Assembly: GCA_947630445.1 (NCBI GenBank)
Contig: CANRHQ010000004.1
Coordinates: forward strand, 20,301 to 52,300
Source: an uncultured Clostridia bacterium
Lineage (GTDB): Bacteria; Bacillota; Clostridia; TANB77; CAG-508
Reading direction: 5' to 3'
Length of the DNA: 32,000 bases
Below the pieces are notes generated by a model. The model ran no database searches, was not told the DNA's origin, and saw nothing but the letters and a program-made list of their open reading frames with translations. Position 1 is the first letter of the stretch. Every line of letters starts with the position of its first letter. The position numbers and the translations under genes were made by a program. This document shows positions 9,174 to 18,729 of the stretch, in pieces.

Positions 9174-9215
9174 AAAAAAAATAAGAATTCACAAAAATTT
9201 TTGTGAATTCTTATT
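9174..9215 (-). terminator. Rho-independent terminator after the 9226..13833 gene
   Basis: On the minus strand, AATAAGAATTCACAAAAA/TTTTTGTGAATTCTTATT forms a long perfect hairpin (9180..9215). A run of 7 T follows (9174..9180), starting about 10 nt after the stop codon. Confidence 0.8.
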
Positions 9216-9225
9216 AATTTTTATA

Positions 9226-12200
9226 TTATTTAAGTTTTTTCTCTAATTCTTTCTTAATAATATATAATCCTATTGGTAAAATCATTAAAGTTATTATCTC
9301 AATTATAGCATATATACCAATATCAGTTCCTATTCCTGTTGGTGGTGTTATTACTATTCTAATTTTATCATCATCTTGTTCAAATGCGTTATTTGCTAAA
9401 CTTGGAACATAATTTCCTGGTTTATAAGTTTTTACTATTTGCTCACCATTTTTTGTACTATCAATTGTTCTTGCAATTTTTCCATTTAGTTGGACTATTT
9501 CTGCATGATTTTCAAATGTATAATCATCTCCTTGATTTCCTAATAATTTGCTTGCAAATAAGTATTCCGTATGTGTTCCTCCACCACTAGTTACATTTTT
9601 AAATGCATCTGTTGTAAATATTAAATAACTATCTTGGTTTAATTTTTCACAAACTTCATCAGATATTAGTCCCATTTCTTTCAATTTTTGTGCAGAAGTT
9701 TTTATAGTTTTTTCTCCTTCTTTATCTGGTGTTATTTGTTGCCAATTTATATTATTTTCATTTACACCTGTTTCTTCTCCTACTGTACAAGTAAGTTCTG
9801 CATCCATATAGTCTACTACTAAATCTATTGTAGGTGTTATTAATTTTGTATTAGAATCTTTTTCACCAAAGTAATAGTATTTTTCTATAATATTATTTCC
9901 ATCATAATATTCATAATCATTTTCACTTTGATTTGTTACTGTTATTGCATATAAAACATCTACTCTTGCACCATGCATTAATTCATCATCTAATTCTACA
10001 GTTAGTAGTTTATTTCTTGAATTTCTTGCTTCTTGTCTTGTTGTAGCTGGTGATTTAAATCCTAATGCTTTAACATAATTCATATTATCTTTTCTAGGAT
10101 CACCTTCTACTAAAACCTGACCATTAGCTAAAGTAATTTTTATATTTGCAATTGATTTATCTATAACAATATCTTCTCTAGCTCTTTCTACTATTCCAAA
10201 ATCAAATATTGTCCAATCATGTATAAATTCTGTTTCTGAACCATTTTGATCTCTATTTCCATTTTCTACAACTGATTGTTTTTGTTCTTGTGTATATTCT
10301 ACTTGTACCTTGAAAGGTGCTGAATATGCTGACATATTATATGGTTCATCATAATTACTAAATTTCAATTCTGGTATATTAATTCTTTGTTGTAAATCAT
10401 CTACAGCTACTGAAGCATCATTTTGTTCTGTTAAATGCCACATTACATTTCTATTTCCTTGGATTGCTCCTTTTATAGGTTCTGTTGTAATTATTGTAGA
10501 TTTATAATTTCTTGCATTTATAGTTGTATTTCCATCTATTGTTGTTTTTCCTATTATATTTCCATCTGCATCAGTTCCTTTATCTGCATTTCCATATGTG
10601 TATTTAATAATATAATAATCTACAACTACACCTTCAAATTTATAATTACCTTTTGCATCTGTAAATGTTACTGCTTTTTTCTTAGTAATTAAATTATCAC
10701 TACCTTTAATATATATATCTGCTACAATTTCATTTCCATTTTCATCTTTTAATGCATTACCGTTTTCATCTGCCCTTAATAATTCTACTTTTACATTTTG
10801 TACGGTTTTTTCACTATCTGATTTTGTACCATTTCCAAGTCTTTCATTATTTTTATTACTTTCATCTGTTTGACTATCTTCCCATACAGTTCCTGAAATA
10901 ACTTTGTTGTCATCCATAGTCAATATAAATGTTGGTGCTTTGTCTGTATCATCTTCATATGTTCCTTCTTGACCTGGTATTGCATTTTCTGGTATTGAAT
11001 CTATATCTATTGATGCATATTGTGTTCCTATTCTTTCTGCAAATTCTGCATCTTTTGCCTTATGATTTTCTGCACATCTAGTTTCTGGTCCATATAATGC
11101 AGTATATAAATCTATTTCTGATACATTCATTAATTGAGCATCTCTATTTAATAATCCTTTTACTACATCATCATTTACTCTGAAAGTTACACTTATTGTA
11201 CTTGATTTACTTAATGGTTGTAATACTTCTCCTGATAAAGCTGTACTATATATTGCTTTATAATCTCCATCAGAATATGTATGTCCATACTTGCTTTGTT
11301 CTGTCCATCCTTGTGACACTAATGTATAATCTTTATCATAATAATTTACTATTTCTCCAACTCTTGCTGGTACTGTTGCTGATTGATTTTTTGCAATTAT
11401 GTCATATGTTACATATACTTCTAATTCTGTAGTTTGTTTATCTTGAACATAAGATATATCTGATGGATTTATTTTTCTTGTATATGTTTTTCCATCATTA
11501 GAGAATTCAGCTTGCATTGGTGCATTTTGTATTCCTCTACGATTATATGTATATGTATATTTTTGACCTTTCATTATAACTTCTACTCTATTTACATCTG
11601 AATCTAATGCAAGGTCTGGTTGTTCTAGTCTTACTAATCCTAAATTCATATTTGCTATTTCAAAATCTGTGTTTACAGTTTTTTCAGAACTTTTTATTGG
11701 ATGATCTGATGGATCATATCTAAAGCTATAACTTCTTAAGTTTGATACATCTGGTTGATAATGCCATATTGAACTTCCATCTACACAATAAATAGTTGAA
11801 GTATCATTTATTGGTCTATTTGTATCATTATAAAATTCATCACTCTGTTGTATTCCATCTCCATTTGTATCTTGCCATGATTGCTCATATCTTCCTGTCC
11901 AATATGTATATTGTCCTACATTATGGTCATCATTTCTTGAAGCTGTATATGATTCATTCCAATCTGATCCTGTGGCACCTGTACCTCTCCATTTTTTACC
12001 ATAATCGTAACACCATCTTGTAAATGATTGGGTTGTACCTACTACATATCTTTTATTATATCCTGGTCCGAATTCATAAGCATTTGCACTTAAAAATTCA
12101 TATCTTCCATCTACATTTTTATTTTCTTTTATTGTTCCAAGTAAGTTCTTAATACTTAGTGTTGATGCCCTTACTCCAAAATGTTCTTGCCAATTATTTT

Positions 12201-13833
12201 CATTTACTACATTATTATTATTTTCATCTTTACTTATAGATAAATTAAATCCTACTGTTTGTACTTTATCTTTTTCTATTTCATAGAAATAACTATCTAA
12301 AGTACTTCTATCACTTTTTATTTCTATACCTCTTGATTTATTTTCTCCTGTTGCACTTTGTGCTACTGTAGTATATTTTAATCCATTATATTCAAATGTT
12401 ACATATGAATTTGAAATTAATTCAAGTACTGCTAAGTTATATTCAAATGGTCCTCCAGTTCCTAATTTTCCTGAAGATTTTAATATTGGTCCATATTTAT
12501 CTATATATTTCATTTCATATTTTCCATCTGAACCTGTTGTCTTTGTATCTATTAGTCTATTATCACTTGTATACCATCTTACAATAACACCTTGTACTGG
12601 TTTATCTCCTTCTTTATATTCATTATCTATACTGTTTGACTTTGATCCAAAAATATCTTCCCATACTCTTCCTGATATTTTTATACTTCCTTTTATATCA
12701 TCTGTTGATGGTTTTTCAGGAGTTGGAACTTCTGGTTCTGGTCCTGGTCCTGGCTCTTCAGGTGGTGTTTCTTCTTTTTTATTATATACTGTAATCGTGC
12801 ATGTTTCATTTATTTCTATAAATCTTGATTGCTTTGCACCTAAATTTTCTGCTAAATTATATCCTGAATTTGGGTTTTTTGTTTCTATAAATGTATATAG
12901 CAATCCTCCTGGTAACCCATCTAAATTAATTCTTCCTCTTGAATTCGTATAAAATTCTGTTGCTTGACTTTCTTCTACAAATGTATATAGTTCATTTTGT
13001 ACTCTTACATATAAATTTCCTGGTGAAACTTTTATTTTAAATCCTACATTTGCTAATAGTTCTCCATTTTCACCTTGCTTAATAAGTGTTATTTTTCCTT
13101 GTTCATTTTCAAATGGCTCTGCTATCATTAATCTTTGCCAAGAATTTTCTCTATAATTATCTAATAAATAGAATTTTACACTTGGATTTGCTCCAGCTGC
13201 TACTGCAGCTTTTGCAGAGTTTATAGTACTTGTTCCTAAATTTCCACCTTGATTACTTACATCCCAGCTACTATCAATTCCTATTGATTCTCCTACTATT
13301 GCTCTCCATTCTTTAAAATATCCATAAAGAGCTTTTTGAGCATTTGTATATGAATTAACTCCGCTTCCATATCCTAATCCATATTCTCCTGACAATATCT
13401 GTGCTAATACTTTATTTGCTTCTTTATATCCAGATACATTTGGACCTCTTAGTCCAGTATTATCATCATATATATATGATTTTGCAATACCATTTTGTAT
13501 TTCTACATATGCTAATATATTATATTTTGGTGATGCAGTAATACCAGCTACTTGACTATTTGCATTATGTTGTCCTTTTTCCATACAATATATTATTTTA
13601 TTACTAGAACTTTGCATATCTCTATAATATATTGAAGCTATTTCTGATTTTCCTTTTGATATAATAGATGTTGGATCGCTATCTAATATTTGTCTTGCTC
13701 CTGATAATCCATTATATTTTACTACTGCACTACTATCAGAACCGCTAACTGCTTGAGATACATTTTTTCCTGTTAACATGGATACAAAAAGTACTACAAT
13801 TAATATTAATCTAAGCAATTTTGCCTTGTTCAT
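9226..13833 (-). CDS. Giant surface adhesin (1535 aa). Signal peptide, thioester-like N-domain, CnaB-type domain, Pro-rich linker, SdrD-B-like repeats, C-terminal TPPTG-type anchor.
   Basis: ORF track; SD AAAGGAGGA upstream. Motifs IIYCMEKGQ and TNAQKALYGYF. CnaB-like ITLIKQGENGELLANVGFKI...YTNSRGRINLDGLPGGLLYTFIETKNPNSGY. Linker PPEEPGPGPEPEVPTPEKP. ISGRVWED and ISGTVWED SdrD-B-like starts. C-terminus is TPPTG, a hydrophobic stretch, then KKELEKKLK. Confidence 0.85.
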   Translation of the reverse strand: MNKAKLLRLILIVVLFVSMLTGKNVSQAVSGSDSSAVVKYNGLSGARQILDSDPTSIISKGKSEIASIYYRDMQSSSNKIIYCMEKGQHNANSQVAGITASPKYNILAYVEIQNGIAKSYIYDDNTGLRGPNVSGYKEANKVLAQILSGEYGLGYGSGVNSYTNAQKALYGYFKEWRAIVGESIGIDSSWDVSNQGGNLGTSTINSAKAAVAAGANPSVKFYLLDNYRENSWQRLMIAEPFENEQGKITLIKQGENGELLANVGFKIKVSPGNLYVRVQNELYTFVEESQATEFYTNSRGRINLDGLPGGLLYTFIETKNPNSGYNLAENLGAKQSRFIEINETCTITVYNKKEETPPEEPGPGPEPEVPTPEKPSTDDIKGSIKISGRVWEDIFGSKSNSIDNEYKEGDKPVQGVIVRWYTSDNRLIDTKTTGSDGKYEMKYIDKYGPILKSSGKLGTGGPFEYNLAVLELISNSYVTFEYNGLKYTTVAQSATGENKSRGIEIKSDRSTLDSYFYEIEKDKVQTVGFNLSISKDENNNNVVNENNWQEHFGVRASTLSIKNLLGTIKENKNVDGRYEFLSANAYEFGPGYNKRYVVGTTQSFTRWCYDYGKKWRGTGATGSDWNESYTASRNDDHNVGQYTYWTGRYEQSWQDTNGDGIQQSDEFYNDTNRPINDTSTIYCVDGSSIWHYQPDVSNLRSYSFRYDPSDHPIKSSEKTVNTDFEIANMNLGLVRLEQPDLALDSDVNRVEVIMKGQKYTYTYNRRGIQNAPMQAEFSNDGKTYTRKINPSDISYVQDKQTTELEVYVTYDIIAKNQSATVPARVGEIVNYYDKDYTLVSQGWTEQSKYGHTYSDGDYKAIYSTALSGEVLQPLSKSSTISVTFRVNDDVVKGLLNRDAQLMNVSEIDLYTALYGPETRCAENHKAKDAEFAERIGTQYASIDIDSIPENAIPGQEGTYEDDTDKAPTFILTMDDNKVISGTVWEDSQTDESNKNNERLGNGTKSDSEKTVQNVKVELLRADENGNALKDENGNEIVADIYIKGSDNLITKKKAVTFTDAKGNYKFEGVVVDYYIIKYTYGNADKGTDADGNIIGKTTIDGNTTINARNYKSTIITTEPIKGAIQGNRNVMWHLTEQNDASVAVDDLQQRINIPELKFSNYDEPYNMSAYSAPFKVQVEYTQEQKQSVVENGNRDQNGSETEFIHDWTIFDFGIVERAREDIVIDKSIANIKITLANGQVLVEGDPRKDNMNYVKALGFKSPATTRQEARNSRNKLLTVELDDELMHGARVDVLYAITVTNQSENDYEYYDGNNIIEKYYYFGEKDSNTKLITPTIDLVVDYMDAELTCTVGEETGVNENNINWQQITPDKEGEKTIKTSAQKLKEMGLISDEVCEKLNQDSYLIFTTDAFKNVTSGGGTHTEYLFASKLLGNQGDDYTFENHAEIVQLNGKIARTIDSTKNGEQIVKTYKPGNYVPSLANNAFEQDDDKIRIVITPPTGIGTDIGIYAIIEIITLMILPIGLYIIKKELEKKLK

Positions 13834-13856
13834 ATTATCTTTGTCCTCCTTTCTTA

Positions 13857-16800
13857 TTATCTTATACCTCTACGTTTTCTAAATATTAATCTCATTGCTT
13901 TTGCTATTAACCATACATCTAATGCTAATATCATTATAAATAATAGACTTGTTGTTGCTATTACTGTGCCTCCTGTTGCTGGACTTATTAATATATCTGC
14001 TTTTCCTAAATCATCTTCATTATTTGCTTGGTTATTTTCTATAGAGTCTATATCTATTTTTCCATATTCATTATAGCTTTCCACAATTTCTGCTCTATTG
14101 TTGATTACTCCTGTGTTATTTTCTGTCATTGCTTTTGTTAATATTAATTTAATTTCTTTTGTTTCTCCTGGTTCAATTCTTACATTTGCTAAACTCTTTG
14201 TATATAATTGTGTTTCTGATAAATACCAATCTGGATTTAAGTCTGAACTAAATTCTAATCCTGTTGGTAAATAATCTCTTATATTTGTTACATATCCTGC
14301 TAATTCACCTGTATTTTTAACTTTTATTGTGTATTCTATTATAACTGTTGAATCTTTTAAATATTTTGATTTTATTTCTGCTTTTTCAAATACAGAATCA
14401 TTGTAATCATATGCTTTGGTTTGTTTACTATTTTGAATTACAATTCTACTAATAAATTTATCTAATTCTAAGTCAAATATTAATTTATCTACTACACCCA
14501 TGTTTATATTATTAACACTATCTGTAACTGCCAACATATCTGTTACCGCATAAACTTTTTCTACTCCATCTATAGTAACAGTATTTAATACTACTTTTGA
14601 GTTTTGATTATCTGTTACTCCTTCTTTTAAATATGTTGTTGGTTCATATTGTGTTGTATCAAATTCAAATAATACTAAATATGTACCATTTTCTATTCTA
14701 GTAAATGTATATTCTCCTTGAGAATTTGTTGTTGTTTCTGCATTATTACCATCTCTATCTTTTGCTATAGAATTTGTTAAAACATTAAATAATTTTACAT
14801 TAATATTTGGTAATCTTGGTTCATCTACATCTTTTTGACCATTTTGATTACTATCTAACCATGCAACTCCACTGATTACATTTTTTACATCTTCTTTTAT
14901 ATTTCCATTTACTATATGTATAACTTCAGAAGATTTTGCTTTTTCTTCATCTAATATCATTGCTTTTACTATTGTTGAAATTGTTTTACTTTCAAATTGT
15001 TCTCCAACATCCTTTACTCTTGCTATTATTTGCATTTCTGTAATTTGATTTGGTTCTACTGAAATATAATAGCTTAAGTTATTACTTATTTTATTTGAAT
15101 ATGTGTCTAAATTTTCAATATCTATTGTTTGATTTTTTAATTCTCCGTTTACAAATATTTGCTCAATATTTAATAAATCTGACAATTCTCCTGTTACAAC
15201 TATATCTTGTTCATATGTTCCTGTATTTTTTACTAAAATATTGTATTCTACAACATCCCCTATTTCTATATGTTCTCCTTGAGTTGGTGATGATAATGAT
15301 ATTTCAGCTCCTGTTTTTTCAACATTTTGTACATCTTTATTTGATTTATATACACGACCATCTTTGTCTGTAACATTTACTATAGCTGTTATTTCGTTTG
15401 CATCTTTAGATACTTTCGCAAATATTCTTAAATATGCAGATTCGTTTGCAGGAATTTCTTTTATTGTTGTTTTTGTTGTATTATTTACTGTTAAATCTTC
15501 TTGTTGAATTGATGTTATTTCAATTCCATTTGTTAATATATTTACATCTAAATCTGTTATTGGTTCATTTGATAAGTTTTCTACATATGCTAAATATCTA
15601 ATTGCTGAACCTGGTAACAATTTTATTTCATCATCTAATGTCTTTTTTATTGTTACTCTTATTTTTGCTATTTCAACAATGTTAGTTAATTCACTACTTT
15701 CTATTGTTTGATCACTACATGTAGCAATTGCCTTGTTTGAAATTTGCGTTCCTTCTACTGTGTCTGTTTTTACTCTTACTTCATATTCAAATGAGTATTC
15801 TTGTCCTCCTGCTAATGTTCCTATTGTTTCAGTATATTCTTTTAATTCTGGCATTTCTTGATAATATGACATACCTGTATATGCAGACTCTGCTTCTGGC
15901 ACTACAAGTACAGTTCCTTCTGGTACTTTAGCACTTAAAATAATATTTTCAAGTGTTTGTGTTCCAGTATTTTTTACTGTTGCTCTATATTTTATTACTT
16001 CTCCTGTTTTTATTTTGTCTCCATTTTTTAATATATCATTACCTATTGTTCCAGATATTCTGGTTTCAAGTTTTATTCCTTCTCCTGTTGATAATCCAGT
16101 TAATAAAGAATCTACTTTTTCATTTTCATTGTAATATACAGTATATCCTGTATATGATGTCATATCATAATTTAATTCTTCTGGAATTTGTACTGTATAA
16201 GTTGCTTCAAAGCTAGACTCTGCTGACATTGATGGAATCTGAATCATGTAAGATTTTACTTCTGCTATTGAGTTTCTATCTGTGCTCCATCCATTATTTA
16301 CAGAATTTAAGTCTGCTGTTGCATTTATGTTTGAACTATAATATATAGTACAATTAGAAGCATTTATAACACCTTTTAATACAGTATTTAATGTATTTGT
16401 TATTGTTTCATTATTTTTTGATATTTCACCTGTTGTTGGAAGATTTCCAACTATTTTTATGTTTTTTGCTTCTTGTTTTGTATTATTAATTAAAGCTATC
16501 TTAAATGTTGCTTGTGTTCCTTTATCTTTGTTTTTATCAATATCTGCTAATTGTTTATTTGCACTAATTCCTAAAATTGCTTCTATATTATGTGATTCTA
16601 TATTATTTATAGCTACCATTCCACTTGGAGATGTTATTTTAACAGATTTTTCTACAATTCCTTTATCTGTTGTTCCACCTTCATATTGAATAGCATTTTC
16701 GTTTGTATATGTCATTACTAATTTGTCTGTTTTACTTGGTGCTAATTTAGCTAATTTAATATTTACATCTAATTGTAAATAAATTTGAGTTGCTTCTGTA

Positions 16801-18707
16801 ATTGGGTAAGATGTTTGTTCACCTTTTAAATCTAATTCGATTGTATTATTTGCTTTATTATATCCTACCTTTGTAATTTCAAATCCTTCAGCATATAATT
16901 TGTCTGAATTATTTAAGACAACATCTTCAACTGCTGATGGCATTTGTATTCTTATTTTTGGATTTTTATATAAGTCATATTGTGTTCCATTTGTTATTAG
17001 TTTTACACCTATTATTACTGAATTATTTGCTGTCATTGTTGATAAATTGTCTTTGTTTATTGTTAGTTCTGCTTTAGTTGTAGTTTCTTTTAATTCTAAA
17101 TTTGTTTCAGCTGTATTTTCTACAACTTGTGTTTCACCTAATAATGCAACTACATTACTTTTTATTTTTAATCCTTTTATTAATCTCAATTGTTCTGTTG
17201 TATAAGTTGAACTATCAATTATTGCTTTTGTATGAACTATTTCTAATGTTCCAGAATTTATAGGTTTACTTGTTGTTATCTCTATATCTGATAATACAAC
17301 ATTGTCATAATTAATAACTATATTTCCATCATTATTTGCTTCTGAATCTTTTGAAACAGAAAATACTGTTTCTCCATTTTTTATTTGTATAGTTCCATTT
17401 TCACCTAATATTTCTAACATTTTTGCTTTATTTATTTCTGTTCTAATATATTTAGTGTTTGCAGTTAATTCACTATTATCTGTAACAAAACTATCAGGTT
17501 GTTCTTTTATTATTATTTTATCTGCAATATCATTTGTTATCATTTGTAATATTGTTTTTGTTTTATATTCAATTTCTTTTTTTGTTTGTGTTTTTGCATT
17601 TGCATATAATTGTCCCTTATATAAGTCTTTTGTTTCAGTTTCTAATTCTGTTGTTATTATTCCATCTAATTCTTTATTTGATATATGATGTTTATACCAT
17701 GCTGTATATTTGTTTCCAGAATTATGCACTAATATTTCTGATTCTGCATATGCTTCTATTTCTGTAGCATCTACATTTTCTTCATATATATATGTAACTA
17801 CTATTTGATCATAAACATCTTTTAGCCATGATATTTGTCCATTTGAATCTGGTTCATTTGTTATAATAATTTTTACTTTATTATCTTCATTTTTCCAGTT
17901 ATTTAACTCAGATTCTGTTTTACCATTTGTTGCTTTCGTTCCTAATGATAAAACTTTTATTTCTTCTGGTTTTTTACCACTTAATTCAGGTACATTTATA
18001 CTTAATGTAGTTTGTTTTATTGGATATTCATTTCCTGCTAATCTAGATTTTATTAATATTTGTACAACTCTTTTATTTAATCCATTTATTGCAAATACTT
18101 TGTTTGTGATAATTTCCGCTTCTAAATCTGCTCCTGTTTCTTTTGCTTCTATAAAATTTGCAGTAATTTGTTTTTCAGCTTCAATTTCTATATCTGCTAC
18201 ATTTGTTGTTAATATGTTTCTTTTAGCTTGTTTATATGTTCCTGTTAATTTTACTGTTGAAGTTTTTGATAACATGTCTGATGTTATTAAATCAGTTTTT
18301 ATTGGTTCTATGTTTAATTCTAATTCAACTGTAGTTCCAGCATTTATTTGATTTAAATTTATTTTGTTTTCTTCAATGCTAGATATTGCACTTGTTGAAA
18401 CAGCATCTTTAATCTTAAAGTTGCTGTTTTCTAATTCAATAGATCCATTAAAATATCCTTCATTTTTTACTTTTATTTCCGCAAACATTTTTAAGTCTTG
18501 ATTATTTATATTTTCTTCTATTTTATCAACTCTATTTCCTGACTCATCCTTAAAATATGTTGAGAATTCTATATTACTATTATTTGTAGTAGCATTTAGA
18601 TCTGTTGCATAACTTATTAAATTACTTCCTAAAACAAAGAAGTTAGTTGATAAAATTGTTATAATCATTAGTATTGCTGTTAATTTTTTAATCATTTTAT
18701 TCTCCAT
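13857..18707 (-). CDS. DUF11-repeat giant cell-wall protein (1616 aa) with an SdrD-B-like domain and an SPATG sorting signal. Paralog of 4010..8890.
   Basis: ORF track; GGAGGT 9 nt upstream of the ATG. Collinear with the 4010..8890 product over the full length (roughly 60-70% identity by eye). C-terminus is SPATGG, a hydrophobic stretch, then RKRRGIR. Confidence 0.85.
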   Translation of the reverse strand: MENKMIKKLTAILMIITILSTNFFVLGSNLISYATDLNATTNNSNIEFSTYFKDESGNRVDKIEENINNQDLKMFAEIKVKNEGYFNGSIELENSNFKIKDAVSTSAISSIEENKINLNQINAGTTVELELNIEPIKTDLITSDMLSKTSTVKLTGTYKQAKRNILTTNVADIEIEAEKQITANFIEAKETGADLEAEIITNKVFAINGLNKRVVQILIKSRLAGNEYPIKQTTLSINVPELSGKKPEEIKVLSLGTKATNGKTESELNNWKNEDNKVKIIITNEPDSNGQISWLKDVYDQIVVTYIYEENVDATEIEAYAESEILVHNSGNKYTAWYKHHISNKELDGIITTELETETKDLYKGQLYANAKTQTKKEIEYKTKTILQMITNDIADKIIIKEQPDSFVTDNSELTANTKYIRTEINKAKMLEILGENGTIQIKNGETVFSVSKDSEANNDGNIVINYDNVVLSDIEITTSKPINSGTLEIVHTKAIIDSSTYTTEQLRLIKGLKIKSNVVALLGETQVVENTAETNLELKETTTKAELTINKDNLSTMTANNSVIIGVKLITNGTQYDLYKNPKIRIQMPSAVEDVVLNNSDKLYAEGFEITKVGYNKANNTIELDLKGEQTSYPITEATQIYLQLDVNIKLAKLAPSKTDKLVMTYTNENAIQYEGGTTDKGIVEKSVKITSPSGMVAINNIESHNIEAILGISANKQLADIDKNKDKGTQATFKIALINNTKQEAKNIKIVGNLPTTGEISKNNETITNTLNTVLKGVINASNCTIYYSSNINATADLNSVNNGWSTDRNSIAEVKSYMIQIPSMSAESSFEATYTVQIPEELNYDMTSYTGYTVYYNENEKVDSLLTGLSTGEGIKLETRISGTIGNDILKNGDKIKTGEVIKYRATVKNTGTQTLENIILSAKVPEGTVLVVPEAESAYTGMSYYQEMPELKEYTETIGTLAGGQEYSFEYEVRVKTDTVEGTQISNKAIATCSDQTIESSELTNIVEIAKIRVTIKKTLDDEIKLLPGSAIRYLAYVENLSNEPITDLDVNILTNGIEITSIQQEDLTVNNTTKTTIKEIPANESAYLRIFAKVSKDANEITAIVNVTDKDGRVYKSNKDVQNVEKTGAEISLSSPTQGEHIEIGDVVEYNILVKNTGTYEQDIVVTGELSDLLNIEQIFVNGELKNQTIDIENLDTYSNKISNNLSYYISVEPNQITEMQIIARVKDVGEQFESKTISTIVKAMILDEEKAKSSEVIHIVNGNIKEDVKNVISGVAWLDSNQNGQKDVDEPRLPNINVKLFNVLTNSIAKDRDGNNAETTTNSQGEYTFTRIENGTYLVLFEFDTTQYEPTTYLKEGVTDNQNSKVVLNTVTIDGVEKVYAVTDMLAVTDSVNNINMGVVDKLIFDLELDKFISRIVIQNSKQTKAYDYNDSVFEKAEIKSKYLKDSTVIIEYTIKVKNTGELAGYVTNIRDYLPTGLEFSSDLNPDWYLSETQLYTKSLANVRIEPGETKEIKLILTKAMTENNTGVINNRAEIVESYNEYGKIDIDSIENNQANNEDDLGKADILISPATGGTVIATTSLLFIMILALDVWLIAKAMRLIFRKRRGIR

Positions 18708-18729
18708 TTGTTTTATACCTCCATTTTAT

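Noticed and set aside
4590-18351. Many 60-146 aa plus-strand ORFs inside the giant minus-strand genes (e.g. 4860..5300, 6510..6941, 8415..8789, 10435..10692, 15050..15373, 16900..17205)
   Set aside because: All are antisense to long CDSs that have clear domain repeats and paralogy. Their products are hydrophobic low-complexity strings. I see no RBS or conservation between the two module copies beyond what the sense frame imposes.
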